From contig NC_010085.1 of NCBI RefSeq assembly GCF_000018465.1, positions 1,050,001-1,082,000 on the forward strand: DNA of 32,000 nt, written 5' to 3'. Position numbers and translations under genes: made by a program. Source of the stretch: Nitrosopumilus maritimus SCM1. GTDB taxonomy: Archaea; Thermoproteota; Nitrososphaeria; Nitrososphaerales; Nitrosopumilaceae. Below the pieces are notes generated by a model. The model saw only the letters and a program-made list of their open reading frames with translations. It had not been told where the DNA came from and searched no databases. How positions within the stretch are numbered: the stretch's first letter is position 1; the number at the start of each line of letters is the position of its first letter. This document shows positions 14,779 through 21,837 of the stretch, one piece after another.

Positions 14779-15132
14779 TCACCCTAGAAATCTCTCCCAA
14801 AAACCCTTGCAGCTGTTAGGCTTTGTTCTGTTGCGAGAAGGACATGTTCTTCTAATGGAGTTGCGTTCAAGGTTATAGGCCTGTGTTCTTGTGGAGGTTT
14901 TTTGGTAGCTGACAGATGTACCAGTATTGCCTGTGCGCTGATGCTCTTTTACACGCCTATGCAGGTCATTAGTGCTTCCAATATAACGCGTCTTTCCGTA
15001 TTGGTTAATCTTGTAGACTCCAGGGCTTTTTGGAATTTTCGATATTCCCGATGTGGTAAATGGAACCCTTGAGGTTTGCTTTGCCTTTATTGCCCTGACT
15101 TGGCCACATCTATTTCGTCCACGTACTGCCAT
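14779..15132 (-). CDS. GIY-YIG nuclease-domain protein with a basic N-terminal tail
   Basis: PGVYKINQYGKTRYIGSTNDLHRRVKEH ... AYNLERNSI gives the GIY, YIG, Arg, His/Glu and Asn motifs in canonical order. ATG start. Confidence 0.65.
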   Translation of the reverse strand: MAVRGRNRCGQVRAIKAKQTSRVPFTTSGISKIPKSPGVYKINQYGKTRYIGSTNDLHRRVKEHQRTGNTGTSVSYQKTSTRTQAYNLERNSIRRTCPSRNRTKPNSCKGFWERFLG

Positions 15133-15271
15133 CAGAGACCAGCCCTCACAATCATTAGAGTATTATCAGAATTCATGTTTTGGTACGGTAATAGTACCGC
15201 ATTGTACCTAATAAAGATGATCGTAGAATTTTTTGATCCAGCATGATCAAACATGTCAAAAGAATATAGTG

Positions 15272-15415
15272 TCATGAATACCACCCAAACATCTTTCGAT
15301 GTCTATTGCTAGTAGCGTGAGATTTTTCTACAAATTTTTTTTGCTTTTCTGTTCGAAATTTTAATGTCTTGCCGCAAGTGCAACGTTCTTCGTGATAGTC
15401 TAGAAATTTTTTCAT
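15272..15415 (-). CDS. Candidate 47-aa basic micro-protein
   Basis: Hand translation gives MKKFLDYHEERCTCGKTLKFRTEKQKKFVEKSHATSNRHRKMFGWYS. Its ATG overlaps the upstream stop (ATGA coupling). Confidence 0.35.
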   Translation of the reverse strand: MKKFLDYHEERCTCGKTLKFRTEKQKKFVEKSHATSNRHRKMFGWYS

Positions 15416-15618
15416 CGTATGCTCCTCAACAATTCATCTTTGCGTTGTGAAATGCCATCAGTAGATTCAATTATTTTTTCTAATCGTCTGGTGTCAGAGC
15501 CGTTAATGATGGAAATAATCCAAGGCAGTGTCTTTTTTCCGCGAAGGTATGCAGTGATGCAGCCTTCAACATAATTCCAGCCGATTTGTTCAGTGTCTTC
15601 CATCATGATTCTCCCCAT
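15412..15618 (-). CDS. Hypothetical 64-68-aa protein
   Basis: ORF-track protein with no recognised family. The likely start is ATG 15606 or 15603, preceded by ggagaa. It overlaps the upstream gene end. Confidence 0.4.
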   Translation of the reverse strand: MGRIMMEDTEQIGWNYVEGCITAYLRGKKTLPWIISIINGSDTRRLEKIIESTDGISQRKDELLRSIR

Positions 15619-16066
15619 AGTCTCGAATTACCAAATGTCCCAGTTCATCATCGGTACACTCACAAAGATTTTTCCAATCAAATAGGAATTTTGCTGCACC
15701 AGCACCAGCTGCAGCTCCCAGAACTCCTCCAATAGGACCAAACTTTAGTCCCATCAGAGCTCCCAGAATAGTTCCACCTGCTGTTTTCCCAGAGCTGCCA
15801 ACATAGATGCTCAAAATTGCACGAAGGTAAGAGACTCCTGCTTGCTGAAGAGTTGTCGTGATTAATTCAAAAAGATACTTGTCTGTAACGTTGTCTGGAG
15901 GATTAAAAATAATTTCAATTGCATTGTTTGCAATACTGCAGGTAAGATGATCTAAAAAGTTCAGATTATTTGCAAGATGTCTTTCGCATTGGGATGCAAC
16001 TGTACTCTGTATGATTTGGCCGACATCAATTTTAATTCTGTATTTTGCAGCAGAGTCTAGATACAT
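15590..16066 (-). CDS. Hypothetical protein with a C-terminal glycine-zipper segment
   Basis: GSSGKTAGGTILGALMGLKFGPIGGVLGAAAGAGAAKF is a GxxxG-rich glycine-zipper-type segment. ATG 16066 (MYLDSAAKY) is preferred over the track's TTG at 16117. Confidence 0.5.
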   Translation of the reverse strand: MYLDSAAKYRIKIDVGQIIQSTVASQCERHLANNLNFLDHLTCSIANNAIEIIFNPPDNVTDKYLFELITTTLQQAGVSYLRAILSIYVGSSGKTAGGTILGALMGLKFGPIGGVLGAAAGAGAAKFLFDWKNLCECTDDELGHLVIRDYGENHDGRH

Positions 16067-16307
16067 GATTTTCCCCCAATTGATACAGATGCAGAAATTA
16101 GAGCAAAAGACAGACAAAATGTCTGGTTTTTGCCCATAGTGTGGTTTTCTGTCCGTATGACCATTGTATCCTTGGTTTATTCTGTTTCATTTAAGAGCTT
16201 TCATACTCAGCATACGTGTAAAGGTGTCAAAAAATATGCCAAAAATTAACCAAATTGTCATTTTGAACAAGCAAGGCATTAATACAAGGAGGATAAAAGG
16301 TGGATAC

Positions 16308-16448
16308 ATGACGATGTATACATCAGTCAAATTGCCAAAGACACTGGCCAAACAAATTAACGAGATTACGGAAACGGGCGGGTACAGATCAGTTTCAGAT
16401 TTTGTGTTAGAAGCTACGCGAAGCCATTTACGAGAAGTACGAGGATAA
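16308..16448 (+). CDS. Ribbon-helix-helix (CopG/Arc/MetJ-type) DNA-binding protein, 46 aa
   Basis: MTMYTSVKLPKTLAKQINEITETGGYRSVSDFVLEATRSHL is the classic RHH beta-strand plus two helices. The internal ATG is preceded by aaggtgga. The track ORF 16164.. adds an implausible leader. Confidence 0.6.
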   Translation: MTMYTSVKLPKTLAKQINEITETGGYRSVSDFVLEATRSHLREVRG

Positions 16449-16520
16449 CAAAAATCCTTTCTTCATTTTTATTAAAATTAATTTTAGAAAATGCGATCCA
16501 CCATATCTTGTAAAAAAATA

Positions 16521-16723
16521 ATTTATTTTTTTACACAGTTATTTTCAGGCGTGCCAACCATGCTTTTAGCATAACAGCTTTGTGATCGGACATAAGACAG
16601 ATCAGAAATTCTGCTTGATTTTTTTAATTTTTTTATTTGCGGTAATTTTTCAGGCACAGCAACCATCCTTTAAGGATGACAGCTTTATGATCGGGTAAAA
16701 CAGAGATCAGAATTTTAGTCTTG
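16521..16723. repeat. Two tandem copies of a ~105-bp element with conserved hairpins
   Basis: The landmark ttcaggc occurs at 16544 and 16649, giving a period of 105. Both copies share ..caaccat.ctttta.g.at.acagcttt.tgatcgg....a.aca.agatcagaa.tt... Each has a 5-bp hairpin (ATGC/GCAT in copy A, ATCC/GGAT in copy B) and a TGATC...GATCA hairpin. Confidence 0.65.
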
Positions 16724-17632
16724 GACGGAATCTCCCCAATAAGTCCATGTTCCGTCATCTGCAGAGTCTTTGCCCCTTGCAAACATTTCAAACTTCTTTT
16801 TTGCAGGATAGTATTTTTCAATCATACGATAAAACATGCGAGGCTTTTCAGAGTGTCTTGTTCTTTCTGCCATTCCAACAGAGGACACACGTACAGACTC
16901 TGGTGGAACTCCTGGGTTTCCTTTGGTGCCAACAAGCAGAAGCTCATGTGATCCCTTAAAGTAATACCCAGTACCGTTTTGCAGTTTGTTGTTTTTTTGT
17001 TTTACCCACACCATGTTTGTTTTGTAAGTAAAACCCCAATGTTTCATAAGAGACAATGCCTCGTCAAGTTTGGGATTCGTAGTCCACATAAACAAAATGC
17101 AGTCCTTGTATGAGGGAACATTAGGAATCTCCAATTTCATTTCTTCAAGTGTCATTGTTTTGTAATCAGGTGCTCCTTCTAATGGCAAGTCATATTTCCA
17201 GGGAGGATCTGCAACAATTACCTCGTACTGGTTTTTTGGCAGATTGGGAGTTGGAGTTGTGGCCTTTTTTGCAGTGTTGATCATTTTGTGAGCATAGTCT
17301 ATGCTCATACCGGACTCTATTCTTTGAGGGATATTGCCAAATTCCTTTGGATTTTCCCTCACCTGCTGCTCTATTGCCATGATTTTGTCAATTTGGCCTC
17401 CAGACACGCCTACATAATGCGCAATTTCGTCACGAACCTTGAATTTTGGCTCACCTGGTGATAATTTGACACCAGCTTGGCGGCGTTTTTTGGCCTCTTC
17501 ATCTAGCTTGGGTTTTAGCTTGGAAATTATCTCACACATTTCAGAAAACGTGAAGTTTTTTCGAATTGTGTTTTCTGTAATTTCTATTTGCTGACCCAAA
17601 GGCAAGTCCTGCAAAAGTGTCTCATCAATCAT
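16715..17632 (-). CDS. MT-A70-family N6-adenine DNA methyltransferase with an N-terminal ParB-like HTH segment
   Basis: VIVADPPWKY (DPPW catalytic motif), and later FMWTTNPKL and HSEKP. The N-terminal ~110 aa resemble the HTH/middle part of ParB-type proteins. Confidence 0.8.
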   Translation of the reverse strand: MIDETLLQDLPLGQQIEITENTIRKNFTFSEMCEIISKLKPKLDEEAKKRRQAGVKLSPGEPKFKVRDEIAHYVGVSGGQIDKIMAIEQQVRENPKEFGNIPQRIESGMSIDYAHKMINTAKKATTPTPNLPKNQYEVIVADPPWKYDLPLEGAPDYKTMTLEEMKLEIPNVPSYKDCILFMWTTNPKLDEALSLMKHWGFTYKTNMVWVKQKNNKLQNGTGYYFKGSHELLLVGTKGNPGVPPESVRVSSVGMAERTRHSEKPRMFYRMIEKYYPAKKKFEMFARGKDSADDGTWTYWGDSVQD

Positions 17633-17868
17633 TTCTTATCCCCCATAACATGTGCATCAATTTTCTCAAATCCTAGAGACTTGCAAGCTTGCAGACGTCT
17701 GAATCCTGCAAGAAGTGTAAATGCACCACTTGTTTCCTGTTTTACTATTATTGGCTGTAACAGTCCCAGTGTGGCAATAGAATTTTCAAGTAGTTGAATA
17801 CTACCAATGTCTTTTCTGAACCGCTTGCCTATTCGAATATTTTTGACACTTATTTTTTGGAAAGACAT
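17629..17868 (-). CDS. ParB N-terminal (ParB/Srx) domain protein, 79 aa
   Basis: LLENSIATLGLLQPIIVKQETSGAFTLLAGFRRLQACKSLGFEKIDAHV matches the ParB-N core (GLLQPIxV...aGxRRlxAxkxLG). Its stop overlaps the methyltransferase start (ATGA). Confidence 0.7.
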   Translation of the reverse strand: MSFQKISVKNIRIGKRFRKDIGSIQLLENSIATLGLLQPIIVKQETSGAFTLLAGFRRLQACKSLGFEKIDAHVMGDKK

Positions 17869-18335
17869 TATTGAAAGTCCTCCTTTTTTAGAGAATACTC
17901 TACATAGACACTATCACCATCATCTACTCGTTTTAGAACGCCAGCGCTTGAACAGATTTTGTCAAGGTATCGTCGTGCAGTAATTGGAGAGATGTTGATT
18001 TTTTCTGCAGCCGAATTTATCAGATCATGTTCCTCAACTCGCAAGTTCTCTGACTCTGATATCTGCTGATAAGCATACAGGCGGAATCGCACTTCTTTTC
18101 TTCTGTTAATTTGAATTTCCGTTTCATATCCCGTATCTTTTCTAATTTTCTCACTCTCACTCACACACAGAAGAGACAGATTGCGAAGACAAATGCAAGT
18201 GTTGCACATTACAAGTTCTTTTTCCTCAGAGTCATCTGCAGTTACTTTGGACAGAGGATTTTTTGTTGAAGACTTTCCGCACATTTGGCAAAATTGATCA
18301 TCAACAGAATCATTTGCTAAAACATCAGAGTTCAT
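17868..18335 (-). CDS. Zinc-ribbon plus C-terminal wHTH-like hypothetical protein
   Basis: CQMCGK...CNTCIC followed by ISPITARRYLDKICSSAGVLKRV. ATG 18335 (MNSDV) overlaps the upstream stop by ATGA, so it is preferred over the track start 18365. Confidence 0.5.
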   Translation of the reverse strand: MNSDVLANDSVDDQFCQMCGKSSTKNPLSKVTADDSEEKELVMCNTCICLRNLSLLCVSESEKIRKDTGYETEIQINRRKEVRFRLYAYQQISESENLRVEEHDLINSAAEKINISPITARRYLDKICSSAGVLKRVDDGDSVYVEYSLKKEDFQ

Positions 18336-18478
18336 TTGGAATTCTCCTCGCATTTGCAGCTGCACTTTACGTCTATTGCAAGATTCGTTACACTATCTAC
18401 AACAGAGATTTGAGAGACATGTTCAGAGCAGTCTCCACAAGAACAGCCCTTGCAGAGCATATTGGTGGAAATGCTCAT
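18332..18478 (-). CDS. Candidate 48-aa Cys-rich micro-protein
   Basis: Hand translation gives MSISTNMLCKGCSCGDCSEHVSQISVVDSVTNLAIDVKCSCKCEENSK. It is coupled by ATGA overlaps at both ends. Confidence 0.4.
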   Translation of the reverse strand: MSISTNMLCKGCSCGDCSEHVSQISVVDSVTNLAIDVKCSCKCEENSK

Positions 18479-18600
18479 TTTTTAGCCTCCAAATCAAGCA
18501 GTTTTTTGATAATATCCTCATAGGACTGGCCAAATTTACCGATTTTCGTCAGCTTTGCTTTTGTGTCACAGGAGACAGTTATTGTAGTTCTGCAAGACAT
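18475..18600 (-). CDS. VapB/DUF217-like small antitoxin-type protein, 41 aa
   Basis: Hand translation gives MSCRTTITVSCDTKAKLTKIGKFGQSYEDIIKKLLDLEAKK, which fits the archaeal pattern TI.vs.e.k..L..lK..geSfddvI..LL. It is the first gene of the overlapping operon. Confidence 0.5.
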   Translation of the reverse strand: MSCRTTITVSCDTKAKLTKIGKFGQSYEDIIKKLLDLEAKK

Positions 18601-18657
18601 TAATCATATTCAGTGAACAAGATGAATATAGTACAATGATGATTGTTACACCAGTGA

Positions 18658-19332
18658 ATGGTTAATCGAATTACTAAAAGATCCGAGCATGGCAATACAC
18701 TCCAGATAATTCAAAAATTTCTAGCAAAAGTAGAAGAGGCAACAGTCAGTCAAATCGAAAAAGAGTTAGCAAGTAAGGAAATAAAATACAAAAGCAAGCG
18801 TTCTGTAATTGCAAGACTAAACAGACTCGTTGAACAGAATTTTTTAGAAAAGATAGAGTACAAAGATGTTCCAAGGTACTGTCTTCCAAATGGACGAATG
18901 ACTCCATCACATATTGGATTGATGATAAAAACAGAGACAAACAATTTCCTAGGCAAAACAATGTCAAGGATTGGGGCAAAAAAATTCCTTAAATTTTATT
19001 CAAAATTTGCAGGAGTGTATGAGATGTATGTAGAAGCGCTCAGCTGGAAGTTGTTCAAGGATGAAAAGAATTTTAGAAAAAGAACAAGAAGTAGAGAGGA
19101 ATTTTTACAAGAGGCACTTCAATTAAGAATTCCGTTTCCAAAGAGCATAGCAGAGTTGGCTCAAATCCATGACATGAAAAAAATTGAGATCATTTACAAG
19201 AACTGTGAAAAGATCGTTTTAGAAACAGAGTCAAAATTAGATGAAGAATGTTTGGAGATATGCAAGGGAATGTTCAGGATTACAGAAGAAAAAATTTCAC
19301 ATATTGCAAAAACAAAAGATCCTATTCTGTAA
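18658..19332 (+). CDS. wHTH transcriptional regulator of the element (divergent from the operon)
   Basis: The N-terminal LQIIQKFLAKVEEATVSQIEKELASKEIKYKSKRSVIARLNRLVEQNFLEKI is wHTH-like. The rest has no recognised family. Confidence 0.5.
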   Translation: MVNRITKRSEHGNTLQIIQKFLAKVEEATVSQIEKELASKEIKYKSKRSVIARLNRLVEQNFLEKIEYKDVPRYCLPNGRMTPSHIGLMIKTETNNFLGKTMSRIGAKKFLKFYSKFAGVYEMYVEALSWKLFKDEKNFRKRTRSREEFLQEALQLRIPFPKSIAELAQIHDMKKIEIIYKNCEKIVLETESKLDEECLEICKGMFRITEEKISHIAKTKDPIL

Positions 19333-20524
19333 CAGTCCAGCCTTTTTGCGTTAATTCTTTTTTTACCCGCTCAACAGCATCATCCACCAATGTTGGAATT
19401 TGTTCCTCAAGATTCTTTTTCGCTTCTTTGAGTTTCTGATTTTCAAATTTTACGCGTTCAGTGTCTGAAATTGTAAGAAATGGGATTGCCTTTTCATATT
19501 CGGAGAATCTCTCAAAATCCTCTTCAGCGTATCGCTCATAGTGCTTTTCCAAGCCTGTCTTGTGTCCCATCATGTCTTCCTTGTCTAGGAAGTCTACCTT
19601 GGCTCGCCTGAGATTTGTGTTAAAGGATTTTCTAAAGCCATGGTCCAGTTTTACCTCGTGTCTTCGCCTTCCTGGAGGTAGAGGAGGTCTAAGACCAATT
19701 GCGCGAACTACATTCTCAACTCTCCTTCGAACGCCCTTGTGATTTAGTCTGTGTATTGTAGGATACTTTACTGCCTTGAGCAGCGGATCATCAGGATTTG
19801 GATATACACCAATGTCAGCCTTCCATTTTTCTCGATACATGTCAAGGTAATTGCATGCCTCTGGCGTGATAAATGTCCAATATTGTTCTGGGTCATTTCT
19901 GTAAACACACAGTGCTGCACCTCTAAAGCTGTCATCAGGATTTCTAAAAAATACCACGTCCTTCCATGTAAAATAATCCCATGACTCTAGTCGGAATCCT
20001 GCTGATGCAAACATTGTAACTATTACCTTGTCGGTAATGTCGTTTGACACCTCAAGCATTCTCTGCATCTCTTCTGTGGTGTATGCTCTATCGTTTGAGC
20101 CTCGGGTAATCCTCGGATACAGTTTTGACAAAGACTTCCAGTGAACTGCAATTCGATTAGAGTCAAGTAGTACCTTAATTGGCTTGATATGATTTGGAAG
20201 TGTCTGCGGACTAATCTCTCCTGCTTCCACTCTCTTCTTGTCTTCCTTGATGTATGCGGCAATAATGTCTGATGCTAGATCAGAACTCTTTCTTGCAGCA
20301 TCAACAAAGAATTTTGCAAGTGTTGTAGCTTCATTGTTTGGAGGTTTTTCTCCTAGTGCATCTTGGTAGATTTCGTTTGGGATTAATTTTAGAAACGTGT
20401 ACAGCAGATTCTTGTATCTCCTTTTTGTCTCCTTGTGTTTTATCGAGTCCAAAAAAAGTTGGTAGGGATCACTTCTTGTGTTTATCTTCTCTAGGGTAAT
20501 TTCCATCAGATGATGCCATGACAT
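19322..20524 (-). CDS. Tyrosine recombinase / phage-type integrase
   Basis: C-terminal catalytic region with LDHGFRKSF (HxxR) and MMGHKTGLEKHYERY (His ... Tyr nucleophile), and an upstream GFRLES Arg box. 400 aa. Confidence 0.85.
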   Translation of the reverse strand: MSWHHLMEITLEKINTRSDPYQLFLDSIKHKETKRRYKNLLYTFLKLIPNEIYQDALGEKPPNNEATTLAKFFVDAARKSSDLASDIIAAYIKEDKKRVEAGEISPQTLPNHIKPIKVLLDSNRIAVHWKSLSKLYPRITRGSNDRAYTTEEMQRMLEVSNDITDKVIVTMFASAGFRLESWDYFTWKDVVFFRNPDDSFRGAALCVYRNDPEQYWTFITPEACNYLDMYREKWKADIGVYPNPDDPLLKAVKYPTIHRLNHKGVRRRVENVVRAIGLRPPLPPGRRRHEVKLDHGFRKSFNTNLRRAKVDFLDKEDMMGHKTGLEKHYERYAEEDFERFSEYEKAIPFLTISDTERVKFENQKLKEAKKNLEEQIPTLVDDAVERVKKELTQKGWTVTE

Positions 20525-20561
20525 AGGTCGTATTTAACATCCATGATGCACCAGTATTCCC

Positions 20562-20575
20562 ATCCGGTCCACTAC
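20562..20575 (+). repeat. 14-bp direct repeat ATCCGGTCCACTAC, copy 1 (candidate att core or shared operator)
   Basis: Exact match to 21386..21399. It has 8 of 14 G/C in an AT-rich genome and lies 38 nt beyond the integrase start codon. Confidence 0.5.
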
Positions 20576-20691
20576 ATTCCTAGGTTGTTTTGCAGATTCT
20601 ATTCATCTACAACAATGGTTCAAGTTTTAACAGATTCATTCTGAAAAAGAATTCTTAATATTCTCCAAACAAAGATGTGAGTTGAATACAA

Positions 20692-21237
20692 ATGCCAACA
20701 ATTCTGTTGATTTTAGGCTCACAAACAGGAGCATTTGCAGCTGGAAACTATAACAAAGGACTTTTTGAAGCAGCAAAAGAATTACTTTCAAAAAAATATG
20801 ATGTAATTGAAACCAAAATTGAAGAAGGGTACGAAATTGCAGATGAAATTGAAAAATGGAAAAAATCTGATTTTATTATTTACCAATATCCAATCTATTG
20901 GTTCATGATGCCTCCAATTCTCAAAAAATATTTGGATGATGTTTATGCTTATGGTGAATTTTTTGCATTTAATGATGGACCTTATGGTTCTGGTGGATTG
21001 ATGAAAGGAAAAAAAGTAATGTTGTCTACAACTTGGAATTCTCCTGCAGATGCACTTGGAGGAGAATTCTTTGATGGTGCTAGTCGAGATGATGTATTGT
21101 TGCCTATGCGTCTAAGCCAAACTTATTGTGGAATGGAAGAATTATCGCATTTTTCATGTCATGATGTAATCAAAAATCCTCACTTTGATGATGATAAACA
21201 ACGATTCATCAAACATTTAGAACAAGTATTTTCTTAA
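20692..21237 (+). CDS. Flavodoxin-like-fold NAD(P)H:quinone oxidoreductase (MdaB-like)
   Basis: ILLILGS...SDFIIYQYPIYWFMMPPILKKYLDDV...YGSGGLMKGKKVMLSTTWNSP parallels the MdaB motif YGSGGL..GKK.MLS.TWN.P. Confidence 0.7.
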   Translation: MPTILLILGSQTGAFAAGNYNKGLFEAAKELLSKKYDVIETKIEEGYEIADEIEKWKKSDFIIYQYPIYWFMMPPILKKYLDDVYAYGEFFAFNDGPYGSGGLMKGKKVMLSTTWNSPADALGGEFFDGASRDDVLLPMRLSQTYCGMEELSHFSCHDVIKNPHFDDDKQRFIKHLEQVFS

Positions 21238-21385
21238 TTGGTTCAAGTCATACCAGAATCTGAACTTTAAATAAAATCTCAAAAATGTCCCACCGTGGGT
21301 TACAATCGTAAATAGTCCATACCTATGATGAGGGTTTTTTATAAAAAAATAATCTCCAAAATACCCCAGGAATCTCCGTAATCTA

Positions 21386-21399
21386 ATCCGGTCCACTAC
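21386..21399 (+). repeat. 14-bp direct repeat ATCCGGTCCACTAC, copy 2
   Basis: Exact match to 20562..20575, 824 bp downstream and 58 nt upstream of the DCC-family gene. Confidence 0.5.
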
Positions 21400-21456
21400 C
21401 ATAATTTCAGAGTTTTTGAAAAAAAGTTATTATTCTAAAAAGACAAAAAGATAGTA

Positions 21457-21837
21457 TTGGAAATTCAAGAAATATCACCTGTTGTAATTTACGATAATGC
21501 ATGTCATCTTTGTGCAAAGTTTGCAAGTACAGTTAACTTTTTTGCTAGAGGGAAGATTGCATTAGTTGGGCATTATTCTGAAACGGGAGAAAAACTTCGA
21601 AAACAATATCTTGATTCTAGTGCAACAGAAATGTTTTGGTTTATTGATGGAAAAAATGCATATGGTGGTCGTGCAGCATTGTTACCATTAATTGGAGAAA
21701 TTCTTTTCTCAAAGAAAAGAGCACCAATTCAAACAATAGTTGAAGAGACATGTGATGCGGGATGTAAAGCACCTAATGCAGTCTTTGTAAGATCTGCTAG
21801 TCTTTTTACTCATAGCAAAAAGATCAAAATCAACTAG
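21457..21837 (+). CDS. DCC1-like (DUF393) thiol-disulfide oxidoreductase
   Basis: VVIYDNACHLCAKFASTVNFFARGKIALVG gives the DUF393 N-terminal CxxC in its usual vlYDg.C.lC context. TTG start in the track. Confidence 0.65.
   Translation: MEIQEISPVVIYDNACHLCAKFASTVNFFARGKIALVGHYSETGEKLRKQYLDSSATEMFWFIDGKNAYGGRAALLPLIGEILFSKKRAPIQTIVEETCDAGCKAPNAVFVRSASLFTHSKKIKIN

Larger units (their letters stand above)
13874..20575. mobile_element. Cryptic integrated element (integrase-bearing, plasmid-like, no capsid genes recognised)
   Basis: A tyrosine recombinase sits at the right end, with a 14-bp GC-rich repeat 38 nt beyond its start. The region holds dense overlapping small-gene operons (ParB, MT-A70, RHH, wHTH, GIY-YIG) and is visibly higher in G+C than the flanks. 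The left boundary is only approximate, and it could instead lie near 9.06 kb. Confidence 0.5.

Noticed and set aside
16521-16723. Possible CRISPR array
   Set aside because: There are only two adjacent ~105-bp copies with no unique spacers, about 75% identity, and no cas genes in the window.
16633-16821. 62-aa minus-strand ORF and the long N-terminal extension of track ORF 16164..16448
   Set aside because: The first lies across tandem repeat copy B and the methyltransferase 3' end in another frame. The second adds an AT-rich leader to a compact RHH protein that has its own ATG at 16308.
18263-18603. Plus-strand track ORFs 18263..18523 and 18376..18603
   Set aside because: They are antisense to three minus-strand ORFs chained by ATGA overlaps, one of which has a recognisable VapB/DUF217-like pattern.
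21217-21402. 61-aa minus-strand ORF covering the second 14-mer copy, and attempts to fold this region or 20525..20600 as a tRNA or C/D-box RNA
   Set aside because: The protein sequence is low-quality (RLRRFLGYFGDYFF...). There is no acceptor/T-arm pairing around ATCCGGTCCACTAC on either strand. An ATGATGA C-box-like word at ~21325 has no matching CTGA D box.
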